Assembly: GCA_964016885.1 (NCBI GenBank)
Contig: OZ024741.1
Location: forward strand, 126,728,001-126,792,000
Direction of reading: 5' to 3'
Length of the DNA stretch: 64,000 bases
Origin: Eledone cirrhosa
Lineage: Eukaryota
The translations under genes were made by a program, and so were the position numbers. Shown piece after piece: positions 14,367 through 28,046 of this stretch. The first letter of the stretch is position 1, and every line of letters begins with the position of its first letter. The notes under the pieces were generated by a model that was given only the letters and a program-made list of their open reading frames with translations, made no database searches and was not told the origin of the DNA.

Positions 14367-14370
<4 letters not shown>
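13137..14370 (-). mobile_element. PLE-type 3' region with decayed HHR and an internal tandem duplication
   Basis: Same family as 43164-43373 (GCAG AAGAA CTGC GAAA CCGG TA AAGG on the minus strand); about 13460-13790 is duplicated at about 13797-14110; bounded by (TA)n. Confidence 0.6.
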
Positions 14371-14448
<78 letters not shown>

Positions 14449-14591
14449 AAACATCACGAGCGCTCTATCTCAAAATTATTTTGCGCAACCGGTAAAAACT
14501 CAAAACTAAAACTGAATACTAACCAATACTTATTCCTAATTAAACTATTTTTCACTGGGAAAAAATTTGTCAGCATTTTCTTTTCCTTTTA

Positions 14592-14654
<63 letters not shown>

Positions 14655-14914
14655 GTATAACCAAAATTAAATAGAAAGCATGAATGGAATAGCAACATCA
14701 CAAACTTACAATTAAGGACAAAATGAAAACACACACACACATAGAACAAACAACCAACCAGTAACATGTAAATAAACAAATAAATAAACAAATATAAACA
14801 CACACAGACACCCGGATGTAACACATGCGCAAACTAAGCACACAACACACACAAAAACAAAATGGCATACGACAGAACAAAGGAGAGGCACAAAAACAAA
14901 GAAAAGAATACCCA

Positions 14915-14957
14915 GTCACTGCAGAGGTCACAGAATGTGTGACGAAAGAACTTTGAC
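14915..14957 (+). ncRNA. Minimal type-I hammerhead, core variant CTGCAGA
   Basis: GTCA-CTGCAGA-g-GTCACA gaatg TGTGAC-GAAA-GAAC-TT-TGAC; resembles 37443-37486. Confidence 0.6.
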
Positions 14958-15109
14958 AATATATGAACAATCGTCTGGTTGTGGAACCAACCAACCAACC
15001 GCAAATTTATAAATTCCTAAATTTATGAATTTAATTTATAATAAATTGAAGTGAAAGCAACTGGTGCGTGTGATTCTTATTGGCAACATGACCCTCCCAA
15101 AGTATAACA

Positions 15110-15245
<136 letters not shown>

Positions 15246-15345
15246 TTATATATATATAGTGAAAAATGGAACGGGAACAAAACAGAAAGGCAGTACGTAC
15301 AAAGGTTTATTAGTTTCGCGCTCGTTATATATATATACACACACA

Positions 15346-15431
<86 letters not shown>

Positions 15432-15990
15432 TGTATCATTCCAAGTCTACACCAACTAATTGTCCTATATTTCCTATAAAACTCTCATTTTCTCTAGTTA
15501 GAAAATGAATGGATAAAAACTAATTATATCTACAACATCCTCAGACGGGTGTTGTCGATTAAATCCACATAGCAAATACATCACCGGTTCGTAATGATTC
15601 TTATATATATACTACTGTATTACCTTATTGCCTCTATTGTTTTTGTTATTGTTGTCATATTCATGCACGATTTATTATTGATGCTGTGAAAACTCAACCC
15701 CTATGATTAGAACTAACAATCCCTACATCTAATATAGGCCACTTAAATAACGAATCTACAACTCCACTTAACACCACATACAAATTACCATCCTCACAAC
15801 AATGAAAATATTTTATCTGTCAGATAATAAATAAATCTTCAACTTACGGCCGCAAACCTACAGTAAAGCAGATAGTCCATAATTCCAGGCCCCAAGTTAT
15901 CTCTTTTCCACCTCTTCACTATATCTAGTGTATCCCATGACAGCTTTCACATGTCAATTTCATGGGACTTTTCGTCCAATGTAGGGAAAA

Positions 15991-16072
15991 TGCTTTCTGA
16001 AGATCCGAACATTTCCATTGAAAGTCCCTAGGATTTCCAATCTTTTGTGATGTGAAACCGTCGGTAAAAGCA
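15991..16072 (+). ncRNA. Type-I hammerhead at a PLE-like 3' end
   Basis: TGCTTT-CTGAAGA-...-GAAA-CCG t CGG-TA-AAAGCA; base of stem II irregular; followed by AATAAA and (TA)n. Confidence 0.7.
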
Positions 16073-16147
16073 AAACGAATAGGTGAATATTTAAATTATA
16101 TTTCTTAATTAATAAATTGTTTGAATCTTGCTTGCCCCGCTTATCTC

Positions 16148-16243
<96 letters not shown>

Positions 16244-16249
16244 TATATA

Positions 16250-16475
16250 TATAATTGGTGTTGGATGCTTAAAGCGCCCGTATGCGGTAGACCGTATGAC
16301 CACTCGATGCCCTCGTAGAGCAGAGTATGATAGGAAAATCTGCTTCGTAGAATCGAGACGTATCCGAGGACCGCGCGAATTCAGAGTCAGGTTTGATCAC
16401 CCTATCGATCGTGCCTCGAGCTGGTCGCCCGAGAAACAATTGAAATATGTCTAATAAATTCCTTTCCCCTTTTTC
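16250..16475 (+). repeat. About 230-bp repeat family, second copy at about 44478-44730; possible decayed PLE end
   Basis: Two diverged copies, each adjoining a (TA) run; GAAA-CAATTG-(T)A followed by ATAAA. Confidence 0.55.
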
Positions 16476-16649
16476 AAGGGGAAACCTTAAAATATATTTT
16501 TTTTAAAATAAAAATACAAACGAAAGACACAGCTCCAGGGTCATCGGCCTTTGAGATGGTCTTTGGCAGTTTTGACCCCGGGGTCACAGCGTCTGACACA
16601 AGCCAAACACTGACCAGTAGTGTAAGAGACGAGAGACAAAACATAGACA

Positions 16650-16692
<43 letters not shown>

Positions 16693-17520
16693 TTACTTAT
16701 TTCATGAAATACACACATACACACAAAACTAGTTTCAGACAGCTCTTAGTTTGAGATGAATCGATGTAGTCGGTACAGTTTCGGGTTAAATTATTTGCAG
16801 TATTCGTTTTTTCCGTCGTATATAAATGTATATGTGAGCATATATGTTCTTGTCCGTGTTTACGTTTGTATATATGTATTATGTACGCATGTGTGTATGT
16901 GTGTGTACGTATGTGTTTTTGTCCGTCCATGTTTACATTTGTATGTCTGTGTTTATATTTCAAAAATATCAATAAAACTAGTATGAGACTTGAGAAATTA
17001 AGTATTTGGGTCGATGTAATTGACTAAACTTTCAAGGTGCAGTCCAATATCTGTAGTATGTTCAGCCGCTTGCCCAATAAAAAACGAATTGTACCTGTAG
17101 TTTAATGATCCAACCTTTTCAACTTGGATGAAATGCGGCGACAAACGGTTAAATGGTGCCCCACAGTGATAGCGGAGGCGACAGCGATTTGAACGCAATT
17201 TTTTAAAATGCAACTCTTCCGTTGTAGTAACCTCTTTTCCCAGTCACGGCGTCGTGTAATGTGATAATTTATTTTTTGTTTTTGATGAAAACTTTTTATA
17301 CGCCCCAACGCACGTAAATATGTATACAGGCGGTTTATTTGTCATAGTCTTTTGAGTGTTGGATAATGGTTTGATTGTTCCAGATGTCTGCTTCCTTACC
17401 TCAGATCCCAGCGAAATCCGCTTTGCCTTTCATCGATAATAAAAGCATCAGTCCAGGGCTGGTGCAACCCTGTTTCGCTGCTGCAACTCTGTCGAGCGAA
17501 AGAGAGTTGAGAGTGTGTCT

Positions 17521-17925
17521 CAGGGTCCCCAACCCCCGGCCCGCGGGCCACATCCGACCCGCGAAGGGTTTCAATCCGGCCCACGAAGTCTTTTATCCTT
17601 CCCGTGAGGGTTCTAAAAAAGATACAGTTTGCAATAAATTTGCACCCGATTTATCAATATTGTCGAATAAAACAACGTTTAAATGTATTTTTCTGCTTTG
17701 GACAGCTCTAAGTATCAATATTGAATTTTGTTTCAAATCTAACATAAGGGATAAATAAATGATTACTTATTTGTATATAAATAGTATTAATTACGGATCC
17801 GGCCCGCTGAGCCACTGCTGCATGGCTATCCGGCCCGCGGAGCCACCGCTGCATGGCTATCTGGCCCGCGGAGCCGCCGCTGCATGGCTATCCGGCCCGC
17901 GGACCCAAAAGTCTGGTTGCAACTG
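17521..17925. mobile_element. hAT/Charlie-like MITE with 31-bp subterminal tandem repeats
   Basis: Starts CAGGGTCCCCAAC with CCGGCCC motifs; about 3.5 copies of ATCCGGCCCGCGGAGCCACCGCTGCATGGCT at about 17798-17905; right TIR decayed. Confidence 0.65.
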
Positions 17926-19082
17926 CGAAGGAACCTAAACATCTTAGAGAAAACATGGTTTATACAACATAGTGATACTCGATTGCGTACGTTTATATAT
18001 ATGTTATATAATTGTTTGTTATATAGGCACAAGGCCAGCAATTTGGGGGAGTATATATATGTTACATAATACGAGTAATTGAGAGAATTTGTGAAATGGA
18101 TGAACAGAATTCAAAGCAACAGTAATATATCATTATATAGACATATTATACATACAGACCTGACACACACACATACACACTCATACCACGCACGTGCATG
18201 CACACACACACACGCAGACGCACGCACACACACACATACACACACACACAATGTATAGGTGCGTGTGCGTGCGTGTATTCAGGGACGAAAATTAGCCAAT
18301 TAATGAATTGAAAATTGGAAATAAAATATATATACTTCTATAATGAGCAACTGATAAGCAATTACAAAAAATATATGAATACGCTAACAGTAGCAATCAT
18401 AGAAATAATAAAAATAAACATTAAAAAATATATAAATTTGACAGGAAGTTGAATCGATTAAATGCTAGAGAAATGTTCGAAGCTAGACAAACACAGCAAC
18501 AATAACGATAATAAACATTAGTAAATCATTATTGATAAAATTAGAGACAATATATTGGGTTTGTTTGCTACTATTATTACTAATTTGATTATAAAGGCAG
18601 TATTATTGGATATGAGGAAAGAAAAAGGGTTAATAAATAAAAGAGAGGGAGAAATGTGAAGAGGGGGAAATTTACACACTTGGTTGGGTGGTACACCTTA
18701 GCCATGCCCCATGGTGAACACGATGGCGAAATCATTAAAGAGGTCAGCCAGCGATATCCGCTTCATCTACTATTCCACCTCACGAGACCAACTTTATTAT
18801 AGCTTTGGTTGGGCAGTACATGCCAATAGGACCTATCTATCTGTCTGTGAATGTGTATGTAGGTGTATAAACATACATATACAGACAAACACGTGTGTGT
18901 GTTAGCATTGTTGCAAGGAATTTGGAATTGAGTTTTAGTCTCCAGATAATACCGAAGAAGAGGAAATATTTGTTGATTACTTCATTAGGTTTTCTCAATT
19001 TTACAATACTGTAATGTTTATACAACATAAACATTACAGTATTGTAAATGTCTCACTTTGTTTGAATGTCTGTATATATATA

Positions 19083-19162
<80 letters not shown>

Positions 19163-19369
19163 GATAGAGAGAATTATGGATGGATTCCGATGTGTATCAG
19201 GAGGTGGCCACAGTTAAAAGGTACTCAATACGTTGGTAGATTATAGGCATCTTTATTTTATATAGAAATGCCTTTTACAGGACTAAAACTCTTTCATTCG
19301 CATGAAATCATGAGGAATGTCCTGATCTTTTCATACGAATGAAACAGTTCTAGATTTATAGAAGTCATT

Positions 19370-19471
<102 letters not shown>

Positions 19472-19771
19472 AAATGTAAACAGAAACAACAAAGCAAATA
19501 ACACAGTACAATAAAGTAATATATTAGCTTAACGCTTGATATCGTAGGAAACGTCTTTACAGTAAATACACACACACACACACTCACATTCATATATATA
19601 TATATATAGTATTAGTTATACTATTTATGGTTATGTAAATACAAAACCTTATGCAGTTATAAGTATTTTTTATACACACCCTAAATAGTGGTAGGCAGTA
19701 ATGTATTACTACCTTATTACCAGTAAGTTAAGTAGCTCAATGTAAAAACATCAGATGATTTACAGAGCAGT

Positions 19772-21392
19772 TATATGAAATATAAGAATCAAAGAACTGT
19801 TCAAAACATTATTGTGCTTACAGCTGTTTCCTCCAAACCGAGGTTTGGATTCTTCGGAGCAATTTATTAATGCATGGACAGTTATATGACCTCCTTTTCA
19901 GCCAACACTAACCTCCTACATACCCAACACTAACTGATCTAATATAACACAAACAACGACATCCCTCTGGAACCCTTCGCAGGGAGAATACCCATTTATA
20001 CCTCTACGTCAGGTGTGACAACATCCACCCACTTGAACTGCACTACACCGCTCTATAGGTAATTTAAGCATGAATTGATCGGTTTGATAGTGTTGAGCGG
20101 AGGAAGCACCTTCCTTAGACAGGTGAAAAACGATTTAATCTAGTAACGCTGTTGAGCAGTAGGACCAGGATGCTGAGCGCAGTGAGTGAATGCATTGCAA
20201 CTGGCGTGCGGGTTGTACATATATGGATGATCTGGCAGTCAGAGAGGGGTCGTGAGGACTGCGGATTGACCTCTGGCCGGCCTGGAGATGATTATCTTTC
20301 GACATCCAATGTAGCAAGCGATGACTCAGAACTTACCAGAGATCATTGGGTCCTGAAGCAATCCTGCAATCACCGCGCCTGGTCCTATGAGTAGACTACA
20401 ACCACAGAGATCATTAATTTAGAATCCTCGCTCATCATCTCTAATATCCATTTGTGGCACCTTACGATGGGGGTTAATCCACCATAATAATATGAACACC
20501 TTCTGCATAACTAATTAAACTACTCTATAGTTAATACACTTTATGCTTTAAACATTTTTTGGAGGATGCGCATCACCATAGAAATTAGGGTCTATATTGT
20601 GACACATTTTAATAGCTAGGTATAGAAACCCCGGAGCTACCTCCCCGCATGCATTAACTCCCCTTAGCCACACACACACACTTCCGGGTGGTATTCAATG
20701 TCGTTTCTCGAAACGTAACAGCCTCCTGTATTGAACTAAAGAACATCAGACTACGATTCTCTAACTGGATTGTCAAACGCTCAATATCGAATTGTCGTGG
20801 ATTATGTGAGGGGCATATAATCGAAAAATACACTCCCCTGACCATGAAAATGTCGAAGTACATGAAATACTTGACATCCCTTCGCTGTGCATCTCCAATA
20901 CTTTTAACACTTTTAATGCTTGCACTATTTTTAATGCTTATAACATTTCTCCACACACAGACTATATCAATCATATAAAGAATTTGCCACCAGATCTACC
21001 AACCTAACACACTTGTTTGCCTACCTAAGTGCCTCTACCACACATATCTCTCTGTCACACTATATAAACAAGACGCACATGCTTGCCACACATATAACAT
21101 TTGCACTATATAACCGCTTATCTTCATGTTGTATTTTAACCTGTATTTCTGATTTATGATTGTACCTCATAATATGAATGTAATCTCGAAGTGTGTACTG
21201 CCACTATAAATTCTGTAATGAATGTTGACCCACAATATTTGCATATGTATCGGTATGTCTCTTGGCTGAAAAGGAGGTCATATAACTGTCCATGCATTAA
21301 TAAATTGCTCCGAAGAATCCAAACCTCGGTTTGGAGGAAACAGCTGTAAGCACAATAATGTTTTGAACAGTTCTTTGATTCTTATATTTCAT

Positions 21393-21395
<3 letters not shown>
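19772..21395 (+). mobile_element. Non-autonomous PLE with identical 134-bp inverted HHR-bearing arms
   Basis: 19772-19905 is the exact reverse complement of 21262-21395; interior has a weak GIY-YIG-like relic (WIVKRSISNCRGLCEGHIIEKYTP); right end enters (TA)n. Confidence 0.75.
21306..21352 (+). ncRNA. Type-I hammerhead, core variant CCGAAGA (inverted copy at 19815-19861)
   Basis: TGCT-CCGAAGA-a-TCCAAACC tc GGTTTGGA-g-GAAA-CAGCTG-TA-AGCA. Confidence 0.75.
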
Positions 21396-21438
<43 letters not shown>

Positions 21439-21449
21439 CATATATATGT

Positions 21450-21970
21450 ATATGAAAAATATGGGGAGATGAATACGGCATGGTTGCACATGGATAACAT
21501 GTTATAAAATGAGTCCCTCATCAGTGATTTGCCAACGGTCATTGGTATTTCATTGCATTAAAAATCATATACCTCACGTTGGTGCAATAATAACTAAAAT
21601 AAGTTATTAGGACAATTAAAACGCGTAAAGCGAGTGAGACAAGTAAACAACACAGGGGAAAGCTAACCGAAGATAGGAAGAAACACAAGCTACATAGTTA
21701 TTCTATCAGTATAAGCTGGGTGAATATATGAGCGAGTAAGTAATAGACCTTTCGCGATGAATCCGATGTAAGAAAGAAGGAAATCGTTTTCGTAGCGAAC
21801 GGGGGGAAGTGAGAAGGGGAGAAACAGTGAGTGAGTGAGTGGAAGTGCGAGGAAGAGGTCAGTAGAGAGAAAGTGTTAACTGACATGACAGAGGGGACGA
21901 AAGAAAGTAAGAGAAAGCGAGAGAACGAGGGAGCAGTAAGAGAGAGAGAGAGAAAAACAGAATCGCAGTT
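21450..21970 (-). repeat. Repeat family related to 43615-44465
   Basis: Shares AGTCC.TCATCAGTGAT...CATTGGTATTTCAT...CATATACCTC and a purine-rich body; bounded by (TA)n. Confidence 0.6.
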
Positions 21971-21978
21971 TAGGTATA

Positions 21979-22040
<62 letters not shown>

Positions 22041-22080
22041 TAACGCTTGATATCGTAGGAAACGTCTTTACAGTAAATAC

Positions 22081-22120
<40 letters not shown>

Positions 22121-22123
22121 ATA

Positions 22124-22339
<216 letters not shown>

Positions 22340-22420
22340 TAGTAATATAATAGTTTAACGCTTGATATCGTAGGAAACGTCTTTACAATAAATACACACA
22401 CACACACATACATATATATT

Positions 22421-22479
<59 letters not shown>

Positions 22480-22499
22480 GTATATTTACTTCTGTATTG

Positions 22500-22981
22500 T
22501 ATTTATTTACTTTGTTCTTAACTCTGTAGCGGAGATTCATTCGGTCTCCTAGTTAGAATTTTAGTCTACGACTTCTGCTATACCATTTACATGGTTTTGT
22601 CTTTGCGTGCTATTGTTCTCCACGCTCCACATATGACGTATTATCTTCGTTTTTTTCGTTCATTGCCAGAGAACGTCTCTATGAAACACCTAAGAGAACA
22701 TTAGTCTACGACCTCTTTTATACCATAAACGTGGTTCTGTCTTTGCGTGTAATTGTTTTTCACCGCTCCTATTAATGACGGATTATATTCGTTTTTTCCC
22801 GTTCTTTGCCAGCGAACTTTTCCACGAACCAAAGTATCGTCTTCCTGTCTACCTCCGGTTGCAACGTTTTATGAAATATCTACTTCTGCGTTTACAGACT
22901 GACTTTGCTAGTTTCAGAAGATCCCGTTAAGGGTGAAAGCAGCGATTCTTTGCTTAAACTTTAATCTGTTATTTTAATAAA
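22500..22981 (+). mobile_element. PLE-type end with an internal repeat and HHR variant; second copy at about 48540-48860
   Basis: TTAGTCTACGAC... block occurs twice (22561, 22701); ends AATAAA then (TA)n; HHR-like motif at 22910-22960. Confidence 0.6.
22910..22960 (+). ncRNA. Type-I hammerhead-like motif, core CAGAAGA
   Basis: AGTTT-CAGAAGA-t-CCC gttaa GGG-t-GAAA-GCA...TGC-TT-AAACT; homolog at 48806-48856 has CAGAAAA. Confidence 0.6.
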
Positions 22982-23070
22982 TATATATATATATATATAT
23001 ATTACTATATATTACAACCATGATTAAATCTTAACCATTTAACATCTCAGGGTATGTTATGTATCATTAT

Positions 23071-23123
23071 ATTTTGTCTGATGTGGACGTACTGTTGTAC
23101 ATCCGAAATATGTATAATAAAAT
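23071..23123 (+). ncRNA. Type-I hammerhead-like motif, core CTGATGT
   Basis: ATTTTGT-CTGATGT-GGAcGTAC tgtt GTACaTCC-GAAA-TATGTA-TA-ATAAAAT. Confidence 0.65.
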
Positions 23124-23163
23124 CTAATTGATCAAAAGAACATCTATTTTATTAATATTTGTA

Positions 23164-23199
<36 letters not shown>

Positions 23200-23257
23200 T
23201 ACAAATATTAATAAAATAGATGTTCTTTTGATCAATTACATTTTATTATACATATTT
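23106..23257. repeat. Palindrome centred on (TA)n (tail-to-tail PLE ends)
   Basis: About 65-bp arms AAATATGTATAATAAAAT...GTATTTTAAT around (AT)n, nearly perfect. Confidence 0.85.
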
Positions 23258-23267
23258 GTGTATGTAC

Positions 23268-24131
<864 letters not shown>

Positions 24132-24381
24132 GAAAGGTATAGAAATTGTTTTAGCGAGAAGCTAACAGTATTCCATAACATATGTGCGGCTATGTCGTCA
24201 AGATGGGAAAAATAGTTAACGTAAGATGTAGGAAAAATAATTCAAACTCATCTCAAAAGAGAATCAGGATATAAATTCATCCACAGAATTTAGTGAAATC
24301 CAGGGAAAAATCAATAGAGCCTTAACTCATGATAAAATAAAGTCTAAAATAGTTATCCTTCAATTTGGAAAAACATCAAAT

Positions 24382-24461
24382 GCTCTGTATAATCTTAAAG
24401 ACTATTTCATGAAAACTTTCAGTGGAGGTGGTCACGGTTGGATTTCAATCGTCAGCAGATC
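24382..24461 (-). ncRNA. Type-I hammerhead ribozyme, second copy
   Basis: Same motif with one stem-I mismatch (GATCTG); predicted cut at 24388/24387. Confidence 0.75.
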
Positions 24462-25009
24462 TCAACAGATAACCAGGACTCTCACATATTTATAAGCCAA
24501 AAAGGGAATTCTAAAACTGGCTAGTTCACCATCATGCGTGATTATGAAAAACGCACATGAGGAAAAACAAGGCTAGTGACGTCAGGATGAAATGAATGTT
24601 TGTTTACAAGAAATAACAGTCAAATACATTCCGAAAAAAACTCTACAATAGGAGTTCAGCAAACAGCAATATTATCTCCAGTTTTTATTAAAAAAAGCGG
24701 GATTAGTCACAGATAATTTAAGCACTCTAGGACAAAAATCCGAGTATAAATATATAAATGAAAGGTATAGAAATTGTTTTAGCGAGAAGCTAACAGTATT
24801 CCATAACATATGTGCGACTATGTCGTCAAGATGGCAAAAATAGTTAACGTAAGATGTAGGAAAAATAATTGAAACTCATCTCAAAAGAGAATCAGGATAT
24901 AAATTCATCCACAGAATTTAGTGAAATCCAGGGAAAAATCAATAGAGCCTTAACTCATGATAAAATAAAGTCTAAAATAGTTATCCTTCAATTTGGAAAA
25001 ACATCAAAT

Positions 25010-25089
25010 GCTCTGTATAATCTTAAAGACTATTTCATGAAAACTTTCAGTGGAGGTGGTCACGGTTGGATTTCAATCGTCAGCAGAGC
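25010..25089 (-). ncRNA. Type-I hammerhead ribozyme, intact core
   Basis: Minus strand GCTCTG-CTGACGA-t-TGAAA...TTTCA-t-GAAA-TAGTCT tta AGATTA-TA-CAGAGC; AUA triplet, predicted cut at 25016/25015. Confidence 0.8.
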
Positions 25090-25094
25090 TCAAC

Positions 25095-25165
<71 letters not shown>

Positions 25166-25173
25166 TATACATA

Positions 25174-25225
<52 letters not shown>

Positions 25226-25244
25226 CATATATATATATGTATAC

Positions 25245-25299
<55 letters not shown>

Positions 25300-25361
25300 T
25301 ATGTATAAATATATATATATATACATATATATATACGTGTATATATATATATATGTATGTA

Positions 25362-25393
<32 letters not shown>

Positions 25394-25413
25394 CATATAT
25401 ATATATGTGTGTA

Positions 25414-25561
<148 letters not shown>

Positions 25562-25931
25562 CATACATACACACACATATGCTACAGTATATATGTTATA
25601 CAATGGATAGTTAAATAAAATGAATTTCTAATGGTGGTGTTGTGATGGTCTCGCCGCGTGATAATTTAGGGGGAATATTAGAATTAATTGTGAGATCATC
25701 AAATACTTTAGGTTTCTTTTATCAATCGCACAGTTTGAATCATAAAATATCTTCCCTAATTAACTTCTTTGATTCTTTCTACACAAAGAAAAACAAATCA
25801 ATAAGGTAACTTTAAACTTTATTCTGTTATGTTGTTTTCGTTTTGTTGGGAGTGGGGTTGCTTGACCTATGTACAGGAGCCGTACTATTATTATGATGAG
25901 CTAGGCAGGGAGGTGCATTAATAAGTCTTAA

Positions 25932-26117
25932 CCTTTTCAGTACCATATTTCTATTATTTTTAAATCATTTTTAGAATAGGGAATTGGGAGAGATTTAGTA
26001 AAATAACTAACTTTATCATTTTTAAAGTGGTGTTTAGAACATGAGTTAAAATTCCGTATATAATATCGATAATGGAAGTGTTTAGTGGCTATCTTAAGCA
26101 GATTGGTATCAAAAGGG
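25932..26117. mobile_element. piggyBac-like MITE
   Basis: TTAA|CCTTTTCAGTACC ... GGTATCAAAAGGG|TTAA: imperfect TIRs with TTAA duplication. Confidence 0.65.
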
Positions 26118-26449
26118 TTAAAAGATCAGTTTTATACACATTTGTATAATTAACGTAAATATATGATAAATAAATCGCTAAATATTGTATATTTGCCGCG
26201 TAGCAGTTTTGCTGAAATATTCAAAGCGGTGGAGTGTTATGACATGAAATATGATGTTGCGTAGATGAGTGAAGACATTGTAGTAGAAAATGTAGCCTTA
26301 GTAATGTTATTTTCTTTGTTTTGTCAGAGCAAGAATTATGAACAAATACGTTTGCCAGCTTACCAAACTGTTATTTATTTATTTGCGTTGGAAGAGGCAC
26401 ATAAATGGGAAAAGTGGGCGTATGTGTTGTAGTAAAGAAGAAGACATGT

Positions 26450-27070
26450 CATTGAGTGATTAGGGTATTCGACTCACGATTGTAAGGTCCACAGTTTAAT
26501 TTCCGGCTACAAGGTGAAACATTGAGCAAGATATTTTATTTCCCGTTGCCCAAGTTCACTCAGCTGGTACGAATGTGATCCAAAGGACTAACACAGTCTT
26601 AAACTGTGTCACGCTGAATCTCTTCAAGAACTACGTTAGATGTGCAGGAGTTTGCGAAATTCTCAGGCACCTGCATTATAATGGTGTCTCATTTAGGCAC
26701 AAGGCCAACTATTTGGGGGATGAGGAAAGTAGATTAATTAGACCCCAATGCATTACTGGTATCTTATTTTATCGACCCCGTAAGGCTGAAAGGCAAAGCT
26801 AACCTCGGCGGAATTTGCACTCAGAACGTAAAGGGTCATAACTCTATACTGCAAATACACCGCCCTAGGCACTTGCATTATAATACAAAATGAACTATAC
26901 CTGTAATTCAAAGGGCCAGGCTTGTCACATATTATCATACTGAATCTCTCTGATAATTATGCTAAGTGTACATGTGACTGTGGAATGCTCAGCCACTTAC
27001 CTGTTAGTTTCATGAGCTGATTGTTTCGTTGATTAAACTGCTGGAGCAATCATCGTCGAAACTCATGGAG
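26450..27070. mobile_element. SINE cluster: family B-related (+) with a family A copy (-, about 26690-26870)
   Basis: Shared cores TTGAGCAAGATATTTTATTTC and TTTATCGACCCCGTAAGG. Confidence 0.65.
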
Positions 27071-28046
27071 CTCCTTTCTATCCACCTCTACAAATATTTG
27101 ACCTTGAGTGAATATCAGAAAAGAATCAACAATAATTTCTGGCTCTAGCATAGGGCCGTAGATTTGTATCACTGCGTAATGTATTCAACTGAATTGATCC
27201 CAGTATATTGTTACTTAAGACAGCTAATTGGTGGAGTCGTTAGAATGATTTGCGGTATTCGTTCCTGTTATCTGAGTTCAAATCCCGCCGAGGTCGATAA
27301 AAATGTACCAGTCTAGATTCTTTCTCTCTATATCTTTCTCACTGTCACTCTCTCACTTTCTCGAGTCAAATACTGGGGTAGATGAATGTAATCGATTTTA
27401 TTCTCCCCTCAAATTGCTGGTCTTATTAGCAACCATTATTCCATTGTACTCTGGTAGGTAAACGTAGTATATTTGCATGTCGTTTGAGCCCTCCCATTAT
27501 TATATCATGTTTTTCAGCTTGTATAGGTATATATTGTTTTTGTCACACCACACCAGATTGGTTACACCTCCGTTGTATCACCAAAAAGCGAATAACGCCT
27601 GTTAATTCTTTTCAGATCGTTTTTTTTAGCTCAAAGACTAGAAAAGTAAGAACAGTAATGTTTTCGGGGTGGGGGGACTGCAGGGCAAAGGAAGAAAGAA
27701 AGGGGTAGGGAAATGGTGATAGACTTTACACATAGGTCAGAGTGTTGTTTGGGTTGCGCACTGCGGACAAAACAGCAAAGGCATTTTCGCGGACAATGGC
27801 CAGCGACACTCGCTGCCACAGCCACCGCCCACCTCTCCCCCCTTTCTTCCTTTGTCTAGAGGTCCCTTTTCCTCTCATTTATGGCACTTATAGTCCTTCC
27901 CAATGCTGCATTGTATGTTTAACCAATTTATAGTTTTTTCAACAATAATAAATGTGAAGACTAAAATCTAAATAGGGCTCGATAAGGATAAATAAATAAA
28001 TATATATATGTAAATGAAGTGATATATATATATATATATATATATA

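Noticed and set aside
17396-17490. Apparent minus-strand exon with AG...GTAAGG
   Set aside because: The plus strand is a decayed SINE family A core (CTTTGCCTTTCATCGATAATAAAAGCATCAGT)
17798-17905. CRISPR-like short repeats
   Set aside because: Contiguous tandem units without unique spacers, inside a MITE in eukaryotic DNA
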